NCBI GenBank assembly: GCA_964607285.1
Contig: CAZSJW010000001.1
Location: 134,716-198,715 of the forward strand
Reading direction: 5' to 3'
Source of the DNA: an uncultured Pseudomonadales bacterium
Lineage (GTDB): Bacteria; Patescibacteriota; Microgenomatia; UBA1400; PJMF01
Length of the DNA stretch: 64,000 nt
In this document: positions 29,163-39,054 of the stretch, one piece after another
Numbering within the stretch: the stretch's first letter is position 1
How the letters are laid out: each line of letters starts with the position of its first letter
Notes under the pieces: generated by a model
Told to the model about the DNA's origin: nothing
The model's database searches: none
The model's input: only the letters and a program-made list of their open reading frames with translations
Position numbers and translations under genes: made by a program

Positions 29163-30842
29163 ATGGAAATATTTTTCGAATTATCTATGGTGTTACTGCT
29201 CACAACTGTCATCAGTTTTTTGATGCGGTGGTTAAAACAGCCCTTAGTGGTAGGGTATATTCTGACTGGAATAGTAGCGGGACCGAGTGTGCTAAACGTT
29301 ATTCATTCTACAGAAACACTTGAGCTGTTCTCTAAGTTGGGGATTGCTCTGTTGCTGTTTATTGTTGGACTAAGTCTCAACCCTAAAGTAATTAAAGAAG
29401 TTGGGAGTGTTTCACTTGCCACCGGCGTTGGACAAGTTCTTTTTACTGCAATAATTGGTTTTGTCATAGCATTGCTGCTTAAACTTGACGCAGTAGCAGC
29501 TCTGTACGTCAGCATCGCATTGACTTTTAGTAGTACCATTATTATTTTGAAGTTACTGTCAGATAAAGGTGAGCTGCAAACATTGTATGGGAAGATTGCC
29601 ATCGGCATGTTGTTAGTTCAAGACTTGATAGCTACAATTATATTGATTGTCGTTTCGTCTATTGGGAATGCAGATGGTGGATCGATAGGAGTTGTGATAG
29701 CAGCAACAATCGGGAAGGGGTTGTTGTTATCTGTAGGGGTTTTTGCAAGCATGCGCTGGGCGATTCCTGCAATTACTCGTGCAGCTAGCAAAAGTACTGA
29801 GCTGCTCTTTATTTTCGCGCTTACTTGGGGGCTTGGGCTTGCAAGTGTCTTTCAATATGTTGGATTCTCGGTAGAGATAGGAGCATTGATCGCTGGTGTA
29901 GTTCTGTCTGGAACGGTAGTTGCAGAAGAAATTGGATCTAGAATGCGACCTCTGAGAGACTTTTTCATTATTCTGTTTTTTGTTCTGTTAGGATCGAGTT
30001 TGGTGTTGGATTTATCTGCGCACATTCTTGTACCTGTCATTGTTTTCTCACTGTTTGTACTGCTTGGAAACCCAATCATCGTTGTGGTTCTTATGAACTT
30101 ACTCGGGTATCACAAAAAAATTGGTTTCTTTACTGGTTTGACGGTCGCGCAAATCAGTGAGTTCTCGCTTATTTTAGCTACACTCGGGTTTCAGGTTGGC
30201 CATCTATCTCAGGATACGCTAACAATTATTACCCTGGTAGGGCTGATTACAATTGCTGGTTCCACGTATTTAATTTTGTATAGTCAAAAGTTGTATCCAC
30301 TGGTGCAAAATATTTTGCAGTATTTGGAACTGAGAAAAAGTGAAACCAAAACTCAGTCAAGAGGTTCGCGGTATGATGTGGTAATATTTGGTTTCAACAG
30401 ATCTGGACATGAGTTTTTGCAATTGGCTGAGGAACTTGGGTACTCTGTGGCTGTAGTAGATTTTGATCCTGAAACTGCAGATCGTTTACCAAACAAAAAA
30501 ATTCCTCTATTGTTTGGTGATGCGGGTAGTACTGAGTTTCTTGAGTCATTGCCTTTAACAAAATCAAAGTTGGTTATTACAACGCTGCCAGCTCACGATA
30601 CAAATATTTTGGTGACCAAGCATTTAGCATCTTTGAAGGGAAATCCTGTCGTGATTGCCTTTGCTCAGCATAAGTCGGAAGCATTGAGTCTCTATGATGC
30701 TGGTGCATCCTATGTTGTTTTGCCACAGCATGTTGGAGCACAGCACGTGCTGGGGATGGTGAAGCGGCTTGGGTTTAACTTAGAGAGTTTCTTGCGCAAG
30801 AAAGATGGCCATTTGCGAGAGTTGGCTGGGCGAGTGGCTTAG
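29163..30842 (+). CDS. CPA2 cation:proton antiporter with C-terminal TrkA-N/KTN domain (Kef-like)
   Basis: FSSTIII, LLVQD and QISEFS; C-terminal IFGFNRSG...FGDA. Confidence 0.9.
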   Translation: MEIFFELSMVLLLTTVISFLMRWLKQPLVVGYILTGIVAGPSVLNVIHSTETLELFSKLGIALLLFIVGLSLNPKVIKEVGSVSLATGVGQVLFTAIIGFVIALLLKLDAVAALYVSIALTFSSTIIILKLLSDKGELQTLYGKIAIGMLLVQDLIATIILIVVSSIGNADGGSIGVVIAATIGKGLLLSVGVFASMRWAIPAITRAASKSTELLFIFALTWGLGLASVFQYVGFSVEIGALIAGVVLSGTVVAEEIGSRMRPLRDFFIILFFVLLGSSLVLDLSAHILVPVIVFSLFVLLGNPIIVVVLMNLLGYHKKIGFFTGLTVAQISEFSLILATLGFQVGHLSQDTLTIITLVGLITIAGSTYLILYSQKLYPLVQNILQYLELRKSETKTQSRGSRYDVVIFGFNRSGHEFLQLAEELGYSVAVVDFDPETADRLPNKKIPLLFGDAGSTEFLESLPLTKSKLVITTLPAHDTNILVTKHLASLKGNPVVIAFAQHKSEALSLYDAGASYVVLPQHVGAQHVLGMVKRLGFNLESFLRKKDGHLRELAGRVA

Positions 30843-30857
30843 TTAGCTACTGCACTG

Positions 30858-30928
30858 ATCCCGAACTAGGATTCGAACCTAGGATAACAGAGTCAGAATC
30901 TGTTGTGATGCCACTTCACTATTCGGGA
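30858..30928 (-). tRNA. tRNA-Gln(CTG), CCA not encoded
   Basis: Cloverleaf: TCCCGAA/TTCGGGA acceptor, GTGA/TCAC D stem, ACAGA-TTCTGAC-TCTGT anticodon arm, CTAGG-TTCGAAT-CCTAG T arm. TATAAT at 30947-30942. Confidence 0.96.
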
Positions 30929-30978
30929 ATGAACAGATAGGATTATAGCCCATTCAAAACGAACACACTACTCCAAAT

Positions 30979-31293
30979 TTAATGCTGGGTAACTATACAG
31001 AGAATACTCTTAGAGAGTGCATTGTACTGCGCTTGTAAAATATTCAACTCGAGAATTATGAGTTGTCTTTCATCGTAAATTTTGTCCATCTGATCTAAAA
31101 TATGAAGTTGCTCATCTTTCGAAGAGGGTTTTGGCATATCAAAATATCCAGTGAATACCGCACTCTATAGGTTTGCTTAAGCCACCAACTCTGCAATTTT
31201 CTGAGCAATCTGTTCTTTCGTAGATTCTGGGGTTATGGTAAGGTCTAGTTTTTCGATAACTGCTGTTGGGGTGTTGGACTGAAATTCTGACAT
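30979..31293 (-). pseudogene. Small orphan gene with two in-frame stops
   Basis: MSEFQSNTPT...ELVA*ANL*SAVF...VTQH*; stops at 31177-31179 and 31165-31167; TATAAT upstream. Confidence 0.55.
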
Positions 31294-31389
31294 ACATATT
31301 CCATTATATTTCTATAAAGATACTGTCCATAATTTATCATACTAGGACAATTATCAATCGATATCGGTGCTGATTCACTTTGCACCAAA

Positions 31390-31689
31390 CTACTTCTTCT
31401 TCACCCCAACCAGCTCAATCTGACTAAACCGTTTCTTAATTTCCTCCCAAAACTTCTCCGCCACCCGATTTGAGTACTGCGCATGCACACCTCGCTCCAT
31501 ACCCGCACACAGCTTGCGCTCCCAAAATCTCATTACGTCTACCACATCGCGGCCAAAGGTGTGAAACTTATCACTCCACTGGTCGGGATCAACCACAAAA
31601 CCGTCATGGATTACTTGGAAGGTGTCGAACAACGCAACATTCTGTTCGGACATTAACTGATAATATTTTTTGTATTTTTGTGGTGGCAT
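31390..31689 (-). CDS. Hypothetical protein
   Basis: 99-aa ORF co-oriented downstream of glgP; TACAAT 8 nt before ATG. Confidence 0.8.
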   Translation of the reverse strand: MPPQKYKKYYQLMSEQNVALFDTFQVIHDGFVVDPDQWSDKFHTFGRDVVDVMRFWERKLCAGMERGVHAQYSNRVAEKFWEEIKKRFSQIELVGVKKK

Positions 31690-31707
31690 GAGTGCTGATT
31701 GTAAGGA

Positions 31708-33357
31708 CTAACTATATAGTTTGTCAATGTACTCTGTGAGCATTCGCTCAGCACTGAATTGTTTAGAAAGCTCAACTGATCGTTGCATCATCTGGATCCA
31801 GCCCGTAGGTAGATTGTTAGTGTCTCGCTCATAATACAGTGGCACAATATTTTGTTCAAAAGTTTGATAGGTGTTTTCCGAGATATTCATGTGGTCGAGC
31901 ACCCAGCCAGTGTCTGACCACTCGACTTCGGCTGCCCAACCATCGGCTACTGTGCACTGCAGAACACCGTTACTAATAGCTTTCATGCCCGAAGTCCCAC
32001 AGGCCTCTCGACCATACACAGGCGTATTGAGCCAAACATCCGAGCCACGGGTCAACATTTGAGCGACTTCGATAGAGTAGTTTGGCACAAACAGTGCCTG
32101 GCCGCATAACTCGTTTTGCATGTACTTGATTATCTCTTGCAGTTTGGCTTTAGCACCTGTGTCGCCCGCGTGCGCTTTGCCAGCAATAAGTAACTGGACG
32201 GGTTTTGTGCTGTGCTTCAAAATGTTGGTCAATCGGGCAATGTCAGCAAACAACAGAGGGAGCTGCTTGTAGTCGGCCAGACGACGTGCCCAGCTGATCA
32301 CCAAATGATCAGGATTAAAGCTGTACCCCGTCTTTTGACTAACAAAATCCGACAGCTGACGCTTGAGCTGCATGTGCCGATCCCACAGCTGAACAGGTTC
32401 TGAAACAACCAAGGGAATCTGCGAATCCTGCCAAGTAGGCATGTGTACCCCGTTGGTAATAGAAGTCCAGTGAAACTCTGGCCATGCTTCGGCCGATAAT
32501 TTGCTGTGTAGTTCACTGACCCCATTTGCTCGGGATGATGCGCTGAGGGCAAAAGGAGTAATGCCAAATGCACCCGGCTCTGGCGTTGCACCATCAGCTA
32601 GAAGCGTGTCAATACTGATTTTCATTTTGTCCGAGTAGTAGCGTCCAAAAACCCGCAGCAAATCCATGGAATATCCTTGGTTTCCAGCAGCGACCAAGGT
32701 ATGATTTGTGTAGACAGTTTTTTCTTTAGCCAGTTTTTTAGCAGAGTAGTAATCAATGCCATGTGTGTCCATGAGTTCTCTAATCAACTGCCAATGCAAA
32801 AATGCAGGCCGACCTTCATTGAGATGATATTTGAATGGTCTAATTCCCAGCGAATGCAGTAGTTTGACCCCTCCAATACCCAAGATCAATTGTTGTTTGA
32901 TCTGGCTTTCCTGCGTTCCCGAGTACAGCAACTGTGTAATAGAGCGTTCAGACAGCTGATTTTGATCAGTCTCGGCATCAAGTAGAAATAAGGTGACATT
33001 TGGTGAGTACGTTTTTTTCCAACAGCGCAACCAAACATCAACTTCGGTCATGTGGACTCGCACAAAAACTGGTTGCTCGTCCTGATACACATGCTCGAGG
33101 CCTGCTTCTAGTGGATCATACGGCATGTCTCTCTCAGTCTGCATACCATCTTCCGAAATGTCCTGAATTGCCTGATACCCACGATAGAGGAGTCCTACAG
33201 CAACAAATGGCATATCGCTGTCAGCAGCTTGTTTCACCGTATCACCAGCCAAAATGCCCAGCCCACCCGCGTACATTGGCAAGCGCTGCTCAAGCCCATA
33301 CTCGGCACAGAAGTAGGCAATAGGATTGCTAGCGGATAGTTGCGAACGGATGCTCAT
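31708..33357 (-). CDS. glgP: Alpha-glucan phosphorylase (short form)
   Basis: YFCAEYG, YAGGLGILAGD, HLNEG, ITNGVH, ARRLADYK and EACGTSGMKA. Confidence 0.95.
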   Translation of the reverse strand: MSIRSQLSASNPIAYFCAEYGLEQRLPMYAGGLGILAGDTVKQAADSDMPFVAVGLLYRGYQAIQDISEDGMQTERDMPYDPLEAGLEHVYQDEQPVFVRVHMTEVDVWLRCWKKTYSPNVTLFLLDAETDQNQLSERSITQLLYSGTQESQIKQQLILGIGGVKLLHSLGIRPFKYHLNEGRPAFLHWQLIRELMDTHGIDYYSAKKLAKEKTVYTNHTLVAAGNQGYSMDLLRVFGRYYSDKMKISIDTLLADGATPEPGAFGITPFALSASSRANGVSELHSKLSAEAWPEFHWTSITNGVHMPTWQDSQIPLVVSEPVQLWDRHMQLKRQLSDFVSQKTGYSFNPDHLVISWARRLADYKQLPLLFADIARLTNILKHSTKPVQLLIAGKAHAGDTGAKAKLQEIIKYMQNELCGQALFVPNYSIEVAQMLTRGSDVWLNTPVYGREACGTSGMKAISNGVLQCTVADGWAAEVEWSDTGWVLDHMNISENTYQTFEQNIVPLYYERDTNNLPTGWIQMMQRSVELSKQFSAERMLTEYIDKLYS

Positions 33358-33440
33358 GGTGGGCAGGCTGCATGGATCTAGAACTAATAGCTGAAACTTG
33401 CTACAGTAATACTACTATAGTCGCACAGAGAAGGAAACCT

Positions 33441-34499
33441 ATGCAATACGAAGATATTGTCAACTTGCTTGGTGATGAGGCAGAAAGCCTGCTGAACCAT
33501 GTTTGTGAGAAGATACCTTCGTCAACTATCCATCATACTGGTAGACACCACGTAGAAGAGATTTTTGCCGTTTCTGATCGAACACCTGCCGTGTTGGATA
33601 GCCTGCACAGGTTGTATGGAAGTGGTAAATTAGCAGATACCGGGTATGTGTCAATTTTTCCTGTGGATCAGGGAATGGAGCATACTGCAGCCTACTCGTT
33701 TTATCAAAATCCCGCATTCTTTGATCCTGAAACAATTATTCGTCTTGCAGTTGAAGCACAGTGTTCGGGTGTTGCCTCAAACTTGGGAGTATTAGCGTTA
33801 TTCTCCAAAAAATATGCGCAAAGCATACCATTTATTGTAAAGCTAAATCATAGCGAACACCTTACATTGCCAGAAAAAGTCGACCAAATTCAGTTTGCGA
33901 GCGTAAAGCAAGCAAAAGAATTGGGTGCTGTTGCAGTTGGAGCGACAGTCTATTTTGGCTCTCCAGAGTCACATAGGCAAATTCATGAAATTTCTATAGC
34001 ATTTGCTCAAGCTCACGAACTGGGTATGGCTACCATTTTATGGTGCTATCCCAGAAATGATCGATACAAATCGGGAACAACGGATTACTCTGATTCTGTT
34101 GATATCACCTCACAAGCAATTCATATCGGTGCTACTATGGGTGCTGACATAGTAAAACAAAAACTTCCCACTGCTGCACATGGATTCCAAAACCTAAAGT
34201 TCAGCAAGTTCACAGATGCGATGTACGAAAAACTTCTTACTGATCACCCTATAGACTTGGTTCGCTACCAAGTTGCTCATGCATACATGGGAAGAATTGG
34301 GCTGATAAATTCTGGGGGAGAAAGTGGTGGTGAGAAAGACTTACAGGAGGCTGTGCGTACTGCTGTCATAAATAAACGTGGTGGTGGAAGTGGTCTTATT
34401 ATTGGAAGAAAAGTATTCAAAAGGCCATTTGCGGAAGGGGTAGAGTTGTTGACAGCCGTTCAAGATGTGTACTTGAGTGAGAGAATATCTATAGCATAG
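33441..34499 (+). CDS. fbaB: Class I fructose-bisphosphate aldolase (DhnA/FbaB)
   Basis: PVDQGMEH, VKLNH, ILWCY, GADIVKQK, INSGG and GRK; AAGGA SD. Confidence 0.95.
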   Translation: MQYEDIVNLLGDEAESLLNHVCEKIPSSTIHHTGRHHVEEIFAVSDRTPAVLDSLHRLYGSGKLADTGYVSIFPVDQGMEHTAAYSFYQNPAFFDPETIIRLAVEAQCSGVASNLGVLALFSKKYAQSIPFIVKLNHSEHLTLPEKVDQIQFASVKQAKELGAVAVGATVYFGSPESHRQIHEISIAFAQAHELGMATILWCYPRNDRYKSGTTDYSDSVDITSQAIHIGATMGADIVKQKLPTAAHGFQNLKFSKFTDAMYEKLLTDHPIDLVRYQVAHAYMGRIGLINSGGESGGEKDLQEAVRTAVINKRGGGSGLIIGRKVFKRPFAEGVELLTAVQDVYLSERISIA

Positions 34500-34510
34500 A
34501 CTAGGAGCAT

Positions 34511-35704
34511 ATGAGTGAAATAGATTCGTTAGTGCCCGCAAGACACAAAGAACTCGGTTTTACAAGTAAAGAGTTGTCAGCAGAACACGGTTTGGAAATT
34601 GATACACGAGAGAAACCCTTGGTTGCTGTCATTCAGCGTGACGTGGGTGTTCCGGATGTAGCCACTCCTGTGTTTCAGTTTGTTTTTCAGGATAAACAGC
34701 AAGATGAACCAAGACATATTTCGCTTTGGGTAGAGTGGGTCGCTTTACATGAGGCACTTTCTCTGATTACAGATCTTAGTAAAAAACCTGATGAATTGAT
34801 GCTCACTGACTTATATGGTTGGCCTGTAAATGTTGTCTTAGACGATCTAACTTGGCAACAGATTCAGCAGCAGTGGGAGATTGATCAAACAGAGTCAAGT
34901 GCGGATCTTAGCCGCCAAATGCAACCAAAAATAAAGTTTGCGGCGGGCAAAGAGTCAGAATTTTCTCAAACTAAGCGTGTTGAAGTATCTATAGAGCAAC
35001 TTGAATTGAATGGTGAAACAGCATTTTTCTTCACGTACATGTCTGGTGCTGATAAAAAGGTTTTACGTAAAATCGGCAATCCTGGAGAAGTTGAGTTTGA
35101 ACTGATGGTTGGGGCAAGTTCATTTGCGGATTTTATGCTGAATCAGCCAGTTGCGCCAGAAATTTTTATTAGTGGTGAGACTCTGATACATGGAGGAGCA
35201 ATCTCTTCGACAGATTACTTTTTGCCAATTGCTACATTACGAGGTCTACACTCTGCACTCAAGGAGCAAGCTAAAGGACTAAAAACTGAAACAGTGGATG
35301 TAGAAACACTTTCAGCAGAGGTATCGGAATTAATAGACAAGTGGGCTCAGTTCCAAGCACGAGCCATTGCACAGAAAATTGAGAATAAGAAAATACTTGT
35401 GCCGCTGGTTGCCTTTTTTGGTGCTCTGAGTGTGGATGCGTATCTTTTGATACGATTGGCGATTGGATTTGTAAAACCAATTGAAAACTTTGACGTACTG
35501 TGTTGCATGGGTTTACCCTCATTCGCAACAACTGTTGCAACGTTTTCATGGATGATGAACTCTATAGACACTGCAAAGTCTGCTGTGAACGCGTCTGCAG
35601 CTGAGCAAAGCCAAGTGTGGACTGAAATTGATCAAAAAATGAAAGAATCCGTTCGCAGAGAAGTAGCAGTAATCAAAGCAACATTGAGAGGAAAAAATGG
35701 CTAA
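34511..35704 (+). CDS. Hypothetical protein with two C-terminal TM segments
   Basis: 397 aa; AGGAG SD; hydrophobic hairpin near the C terminus. Confidence 0.75.
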   Translation: MSEIDSLVPARHKELGFTSKELSAEHGLEIDTREKPLVAVIQRDVGVPDVATPVFQFVFQDKQQDEPRHISLWVEWVALHEALSLITDLSKKPDELMLTDLYGWPVNVVLDDLTWQQIQQQWEIDQTESSADLSRQMQPKIKFAAGKESEFSQTKRVEVSIEQLELNGETAFFFTYMSGADKKVLRKIGNPGEVEFELMVGASSFADFMLNQPVAPEIFISGETLIHGGAISSTDYFLPIATLRGLHSALKEQAKGLKTETVDVETLSAEVSELIDKWAQFQARAIAQKIENKKILVPLVAFFGALSVDAYLLIRLAIGFVKPIENFDVLCCMGLPSFATTVATFSWMMNSIDTAKSAVNASAAEQSQVWTEIDQKMKESVRREVAVIKATLRGKNG

Positions 35705-36011
35705 CGTACCTGAACTTGAAACCATTATTGACTCTCTTTTTTTATCAATGGATGTAGATCAAACCGTGGTTGAAAAAGCTAAGACTGCCATACATACGGC
35801 GATTATCCATGAGTTGCTGTATACGCTGAGTGTTCGTTTGCCAAAACAGGAGCAAGCAAAATATCTCTCAGGTGATGGAGCTCGCACCTCTTCAATTATT
35901 ACAGATTTATTTGAATATTTTGGTGAAGAGGAAGTAAAGAAGCAGTATAGAAAAATTGCCTTACTGAAAATTACAGATTTTCTTTCACACCTCAAACGGG
36001 CAAATTTGTAA
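35697..36011 (+). CDS. Hypothetical protein
   Basis: 104 aa; GAGG SD; overlaps the previous stop. Confidence 0.7.
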   Translation: MANVPELETIIDSLFLSMDVDQTVVEKAKTAIHTAIIHELLYTLSVRLPKQEQAKYLSGDGARTSSIITDLFEYFGEEEVKKQYRKIALLKITDFLSHLKRANL

Positions 36012-36116
36012 TGACTGCTCGTATTTCTAGTAGCTTTCTGGTATAATTCATACTTCGTTACTTAGCGTTTTTTGCCGTACGCTTCACTAGTACACTTCAG
36101 GCTCAGAAAACATACC

Positions 36117-37934
36117 ATGCAGATCAGAAATATTGCTATTATTGCGCACGTTGACCACGGTAAAACTACCTTGGTGGATGGTATGCTCAAACAAACCCAT
36201 ACATTTCGAGACAACCAAGCAGAGATGACCCAAACAACGATCTTGGATAGCAACGATCTAGAGCGAGAACGGGGTATCACTATTCTTTCAAAAAATACTG
36301 TTGTTTTTTACAACGACTATAAAATAAACATTATTGACACACCAGGTCATGCCGATTTTAGTGGTGAGGTAGAGCGTGTTATCAGTATGGCTGATGGTGC
36401 GTTACTGATTGTTGATGCTGCTGAGGGACCTCTCCCACAGACAAGATTTGTTTTAGAGCAAGCACTAAAACAAGCCATGCCAATCATTGTCGTAGTTAAT
36501 AAAATTGACAGAAAAGATGCTGAACCAGAGAGGGTTTTACAAGAGGTAGAAGACTTATTTCTGCAAGTGGCTGAAGACGCAAGTCATTTAGACTTTCCAG
36601 TCATTTATGCAATTGGTCGTGAAGGCAAGGCATGGAATCATTTACCTGCAGATTGGAACGAGGACGCGACTCTTGAGCCTGTTTTTCAGCAAATTATCGA
36701 AACAGTGCCTGCACCCAAAGGTGATCCAAGCAAGCCTTTTAAAATGCAAATTTCCAATTTGGACTTTGACTCCTACAAAGGGATCTTTGCGGTTGGAAAA
36801 ATTTCCCAAGGCACAGTCAAACCTGGTCAACGTATAAGCTTGGTTCTCGAAAACACCGTACAAGGCACAGGCACCGTCCAGGAAGTGTTGACAAGCAAGG
36901 GACTTAGTCGAGTAAATACACCTGAAGCATTTGCTGGTGACATTGTGGCATTAACTGGACTAACGGACATCGCGATTGGTTTGACAGTCACTGATCCATC
37001 AGATCCAACTGGATACCCAGCTATATTTATAACTGAGCCAACATTGAGCATTCAAATCAATACCAATACCTCACCATTTAGTGGTCGCGAAGGTGAGTTT
37101 GTAACCATTCGTCAAATTGGTGATCGTTTACAACGCGAGCAAAAAACTAACATTGGTTTGCGCGTTACCGAAAATCAGCGAGGAAGTGGATTCATCGTAG
37201 CAGGTCGTGGAGAGTTGCACTTGGCCATCTTGATTGAAACAATGCGGCGTGAGGGCTATGAGTTTGAAGTCAGTAAGCCTGAGGTTATTATTAAAGAAAT
37301 AAATGGAGTAAAGTCGGAGCCAAGAGAAGAGCTGACTGTTGAAATAAGTCAGGATTATACAGGCGTCATCATGGAAGAACTATCGAAGCGAAGAGCGGAG
37401 CTTAAAGACTCCAGAACTGATGATAAAGGTGTGGTTCGTATGATTTTTGAACTGAGTAGTAAAAACTTACTAGGATTTCGCTCAGAAATTGTTTCCAAAA
37501 CTAGAGGAAATGGCTTATTCGCTAGTCGATTCCTGGGTTTTTTCCCAGTTTCAGCGGACATTATAGGTGTATTGCGTAATGGAGCTATTATTGCTTCAGA
37601 TACAGGGACTGCCACAGCGTACGCTTTAGAGTCTATTCAACAGAGAGGTTCAACATTTGTGGCACCTGGAGTAAACGTGTATGAAGGGCAAGTCATTGGA
37701 TTGCATAAGCGACAAGAAGATCTTGAGATGAATGCAGCAAAAGGAAAGAAACTGACTAACATGAGAGCTGCTAGTGCTGACCAGATGATTCAGCTCGCTC
37801 CCCCTGTAGATTTAAGCTTGGAGCAGTGTATTGACTTTATCCAGGATGATGAGTTACTTGAAGTTACACCACTGAGTTTACGTGTGCGCAAAAAGCACTT
37901 GAACAAAAATGAGCGGAACAAAGCTCGGAAGTAG
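36117..37934 (+). CDS. typA: Translational GTPase TypA/BipA
   Basis: IAHVDHGKTT, ERERGITI, DTPGHADF, NKID, GRGELHL and KKLTNMRA. Confidence 0.97.
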   Translation: MQIRNIAIIAHVDHGKTTLVDGMLKQTHTFRDNQAEMTQTTILDSNDLERERGITILSKNTVVFYNDYKINIIDTPGHADFSGEVERVISMADGALLIVDAAEGPLPQTRFVLEQALKQAMPIIVVVNKIDRKDAEPERVLQEVEDLFLQVAEDASHLDFPVIYAIGREGKAWNHLPADWNEDATLEPVFQQIIETVPAPKGDPSKPFKMQISNLDFDSYKGIFAVGKISQGTVKPGQRISLVLENTVQGTGTVQEVLTSKGLSRVNTPEAFAGDIVALTGLTDIAIGLTVTDPSDPTGYPAIFITEPTLSIQINTNTSPFSGREGEFVTIRQIGDRLQREQKTNIGLRVTENQRGSGFIVAGRGELHLAILIETMRREGYEFEVSKPEVIIKEINGVKSEPREELTVEISQDYTGVIMEELSKRRAELKDSRTDDKGVVRMIFELSSKNLLGFRSEIVSKTRGNGLFASRFLGFFPVSADIIGVLRNGAIIASDTGTATAYALESIQQRGSTFVAPGVNVYEGQVIGLHKRQEDLEMNAAKGKKLTNMRAASADQMIQLAPPVDLSLEQCIDFIQDDELLEVTPLSLRVRKKHLNKNERNKARK

Positions 37935-38006
37935 TGCAGGCTTCTTTCAGTATATGTAACATACACATTGATCAAAAAGTGTGTAATAAGTTATAATATA
38001 AGACTT

Positions 38007-38759
38007 ATGAACACCTATACCTCAGAGTATGAGCTGTTAGCGGGCAGGCTAGATATATTTCCTCAGCAGGAGTATCCACAGCTTGATCATGACACAGTAG
38101 ACTTGCTTAACATTCGATTAACAGAAATCGAAATGAGATCAAATAGAGTTCTCGGGACACCTGAAAGGCAAGCTGACTGGGCTACACTGACCATACTGGC
38201 AGGCAATGTTCGCAGGCTAGAGGCTGAGTTTGCGCAACAAACTGAGTACACAGATTTTTATGAGTATGCACAATCTGTGCTTGGCGAGGGTGTAACTGTG
38301 GTATTGAGTACCAATCAAATTGTTACTGTTTTAACAGTTTCAGAGCATCTGGATGCACTGCTGCAAACTCGTGCCAGCGATCCCAACTTTGGGTTTTTAC
38401 AGCTGGCAACTGAGATGATTCTTGGTCGAGCAGTACAGAATGCCTCGAGAAATGTTCGTGATTTTGCCACAGCTCAAACACTTTTCACACAAATGTTGGT
38501 AGAGCAAATGGATTCTGGTGATACATATGATGAGGCACTCGCTGCGGTTTGCGCGGACCTTGGTTTGTCTGTAGAACTTGGACAAGCGACAATTCAGTTT
38601 CTTGATCAATATTTAGAACATGTTGTAACAACAGGAGATACTACAGCTGCAGCGATTAAGCACGATATGGTTGAACAAGCAACATTAGCGGATTCATTTC
38701 CTGATGATCAGTCTCGAAACACTAGGGGTGTTTTTGATACCCCAAGAGGCTTACAATGA
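38007..38759 (+). CDS. Hypothetical protein (may be frameshift-joined to 38704-39042)
   Basis: Start set at ATG 38007, 9 nt after TATAAT. Confidence 0.65.
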   Translation: MNTYTSEYELLAGRLDIFPQQEYPQLDHDTVDLLNIRLTEIEMRSNRVLGTPERQADWATLTILAGNVRRLEAEFAQQTEYTDFYEYAQSVLGEGVTVVLSTNQIVTVLTVSEHLDALLQTRASDPNFGFLQLATEMILGRAVQNASRNVRDFATAQTLFTQMLVEQMDSGDTYDEALAAVCADLGLSVELGQATIQFLDQYLEHVVTTGDTTAAAIKHDMVEQATLADSFPDDQSRNTRGVFDTPRGLQ

Positions 38760-39042
38760 GCTCGTTGAGCAGTACAAACCAGTTACAGTAGCCAGTCCCA
38801 GGCACGAATCTGTGGAAGGTGTATCTCCTGGAATGGTAGCAGTTAAAGGTACTTCATTGATGCCTCCAGCACAAGCCGTTCAGCAAGAAGGGCATATACT
38901 CAAACGAATAGAAGAGATACTAGCTGGCACGTCAAATGGCACATACTTAGAAGGTGCCGCATCAGCAGTTCCGCTTTTAAGTGTTGCTGCTTGTGTATTC
39001 ATCTTCGCCATGTTTATCAAAGCGAAGCGCAGATTCCAGTAG
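38704..39042 (+). CDS. Hypothetical protein with C-terminal TM and basic tail, or the 3' part of the previous gene
   Basis: 56-nt overlap with the upstream ORF and no SD. Confidence 0.5.
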   Translation: MISLETLGVFLIPQEAYNELVEQYKPVTVASPRHESVEGVSPGMVAVKGTSLMPPAQAVQQEGHILKRIEEILAGTSNGTYLEGAASAVPLLSVAACVFIFAMFIKAKRRFQ

Positions 39043-39054
39043 AGTTCCGCACCG

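Noticed and set aside
5132-31179. Stop-codon reassignment (for example code 25 TGA=Gly, or TAA/TAG=Gln beside tRNA-Gln) to explain in-frame stops
   Set aside because: In-frame stops are of all three types, occur only in accessory or redundant genes alongside frameshifts and deletions, and core genes end normally in TGA (aspS, ugd, gmd), TAG (recJ, typA) and TAA (gltX). The tRNA anticodon is CTG, not a suppressor.
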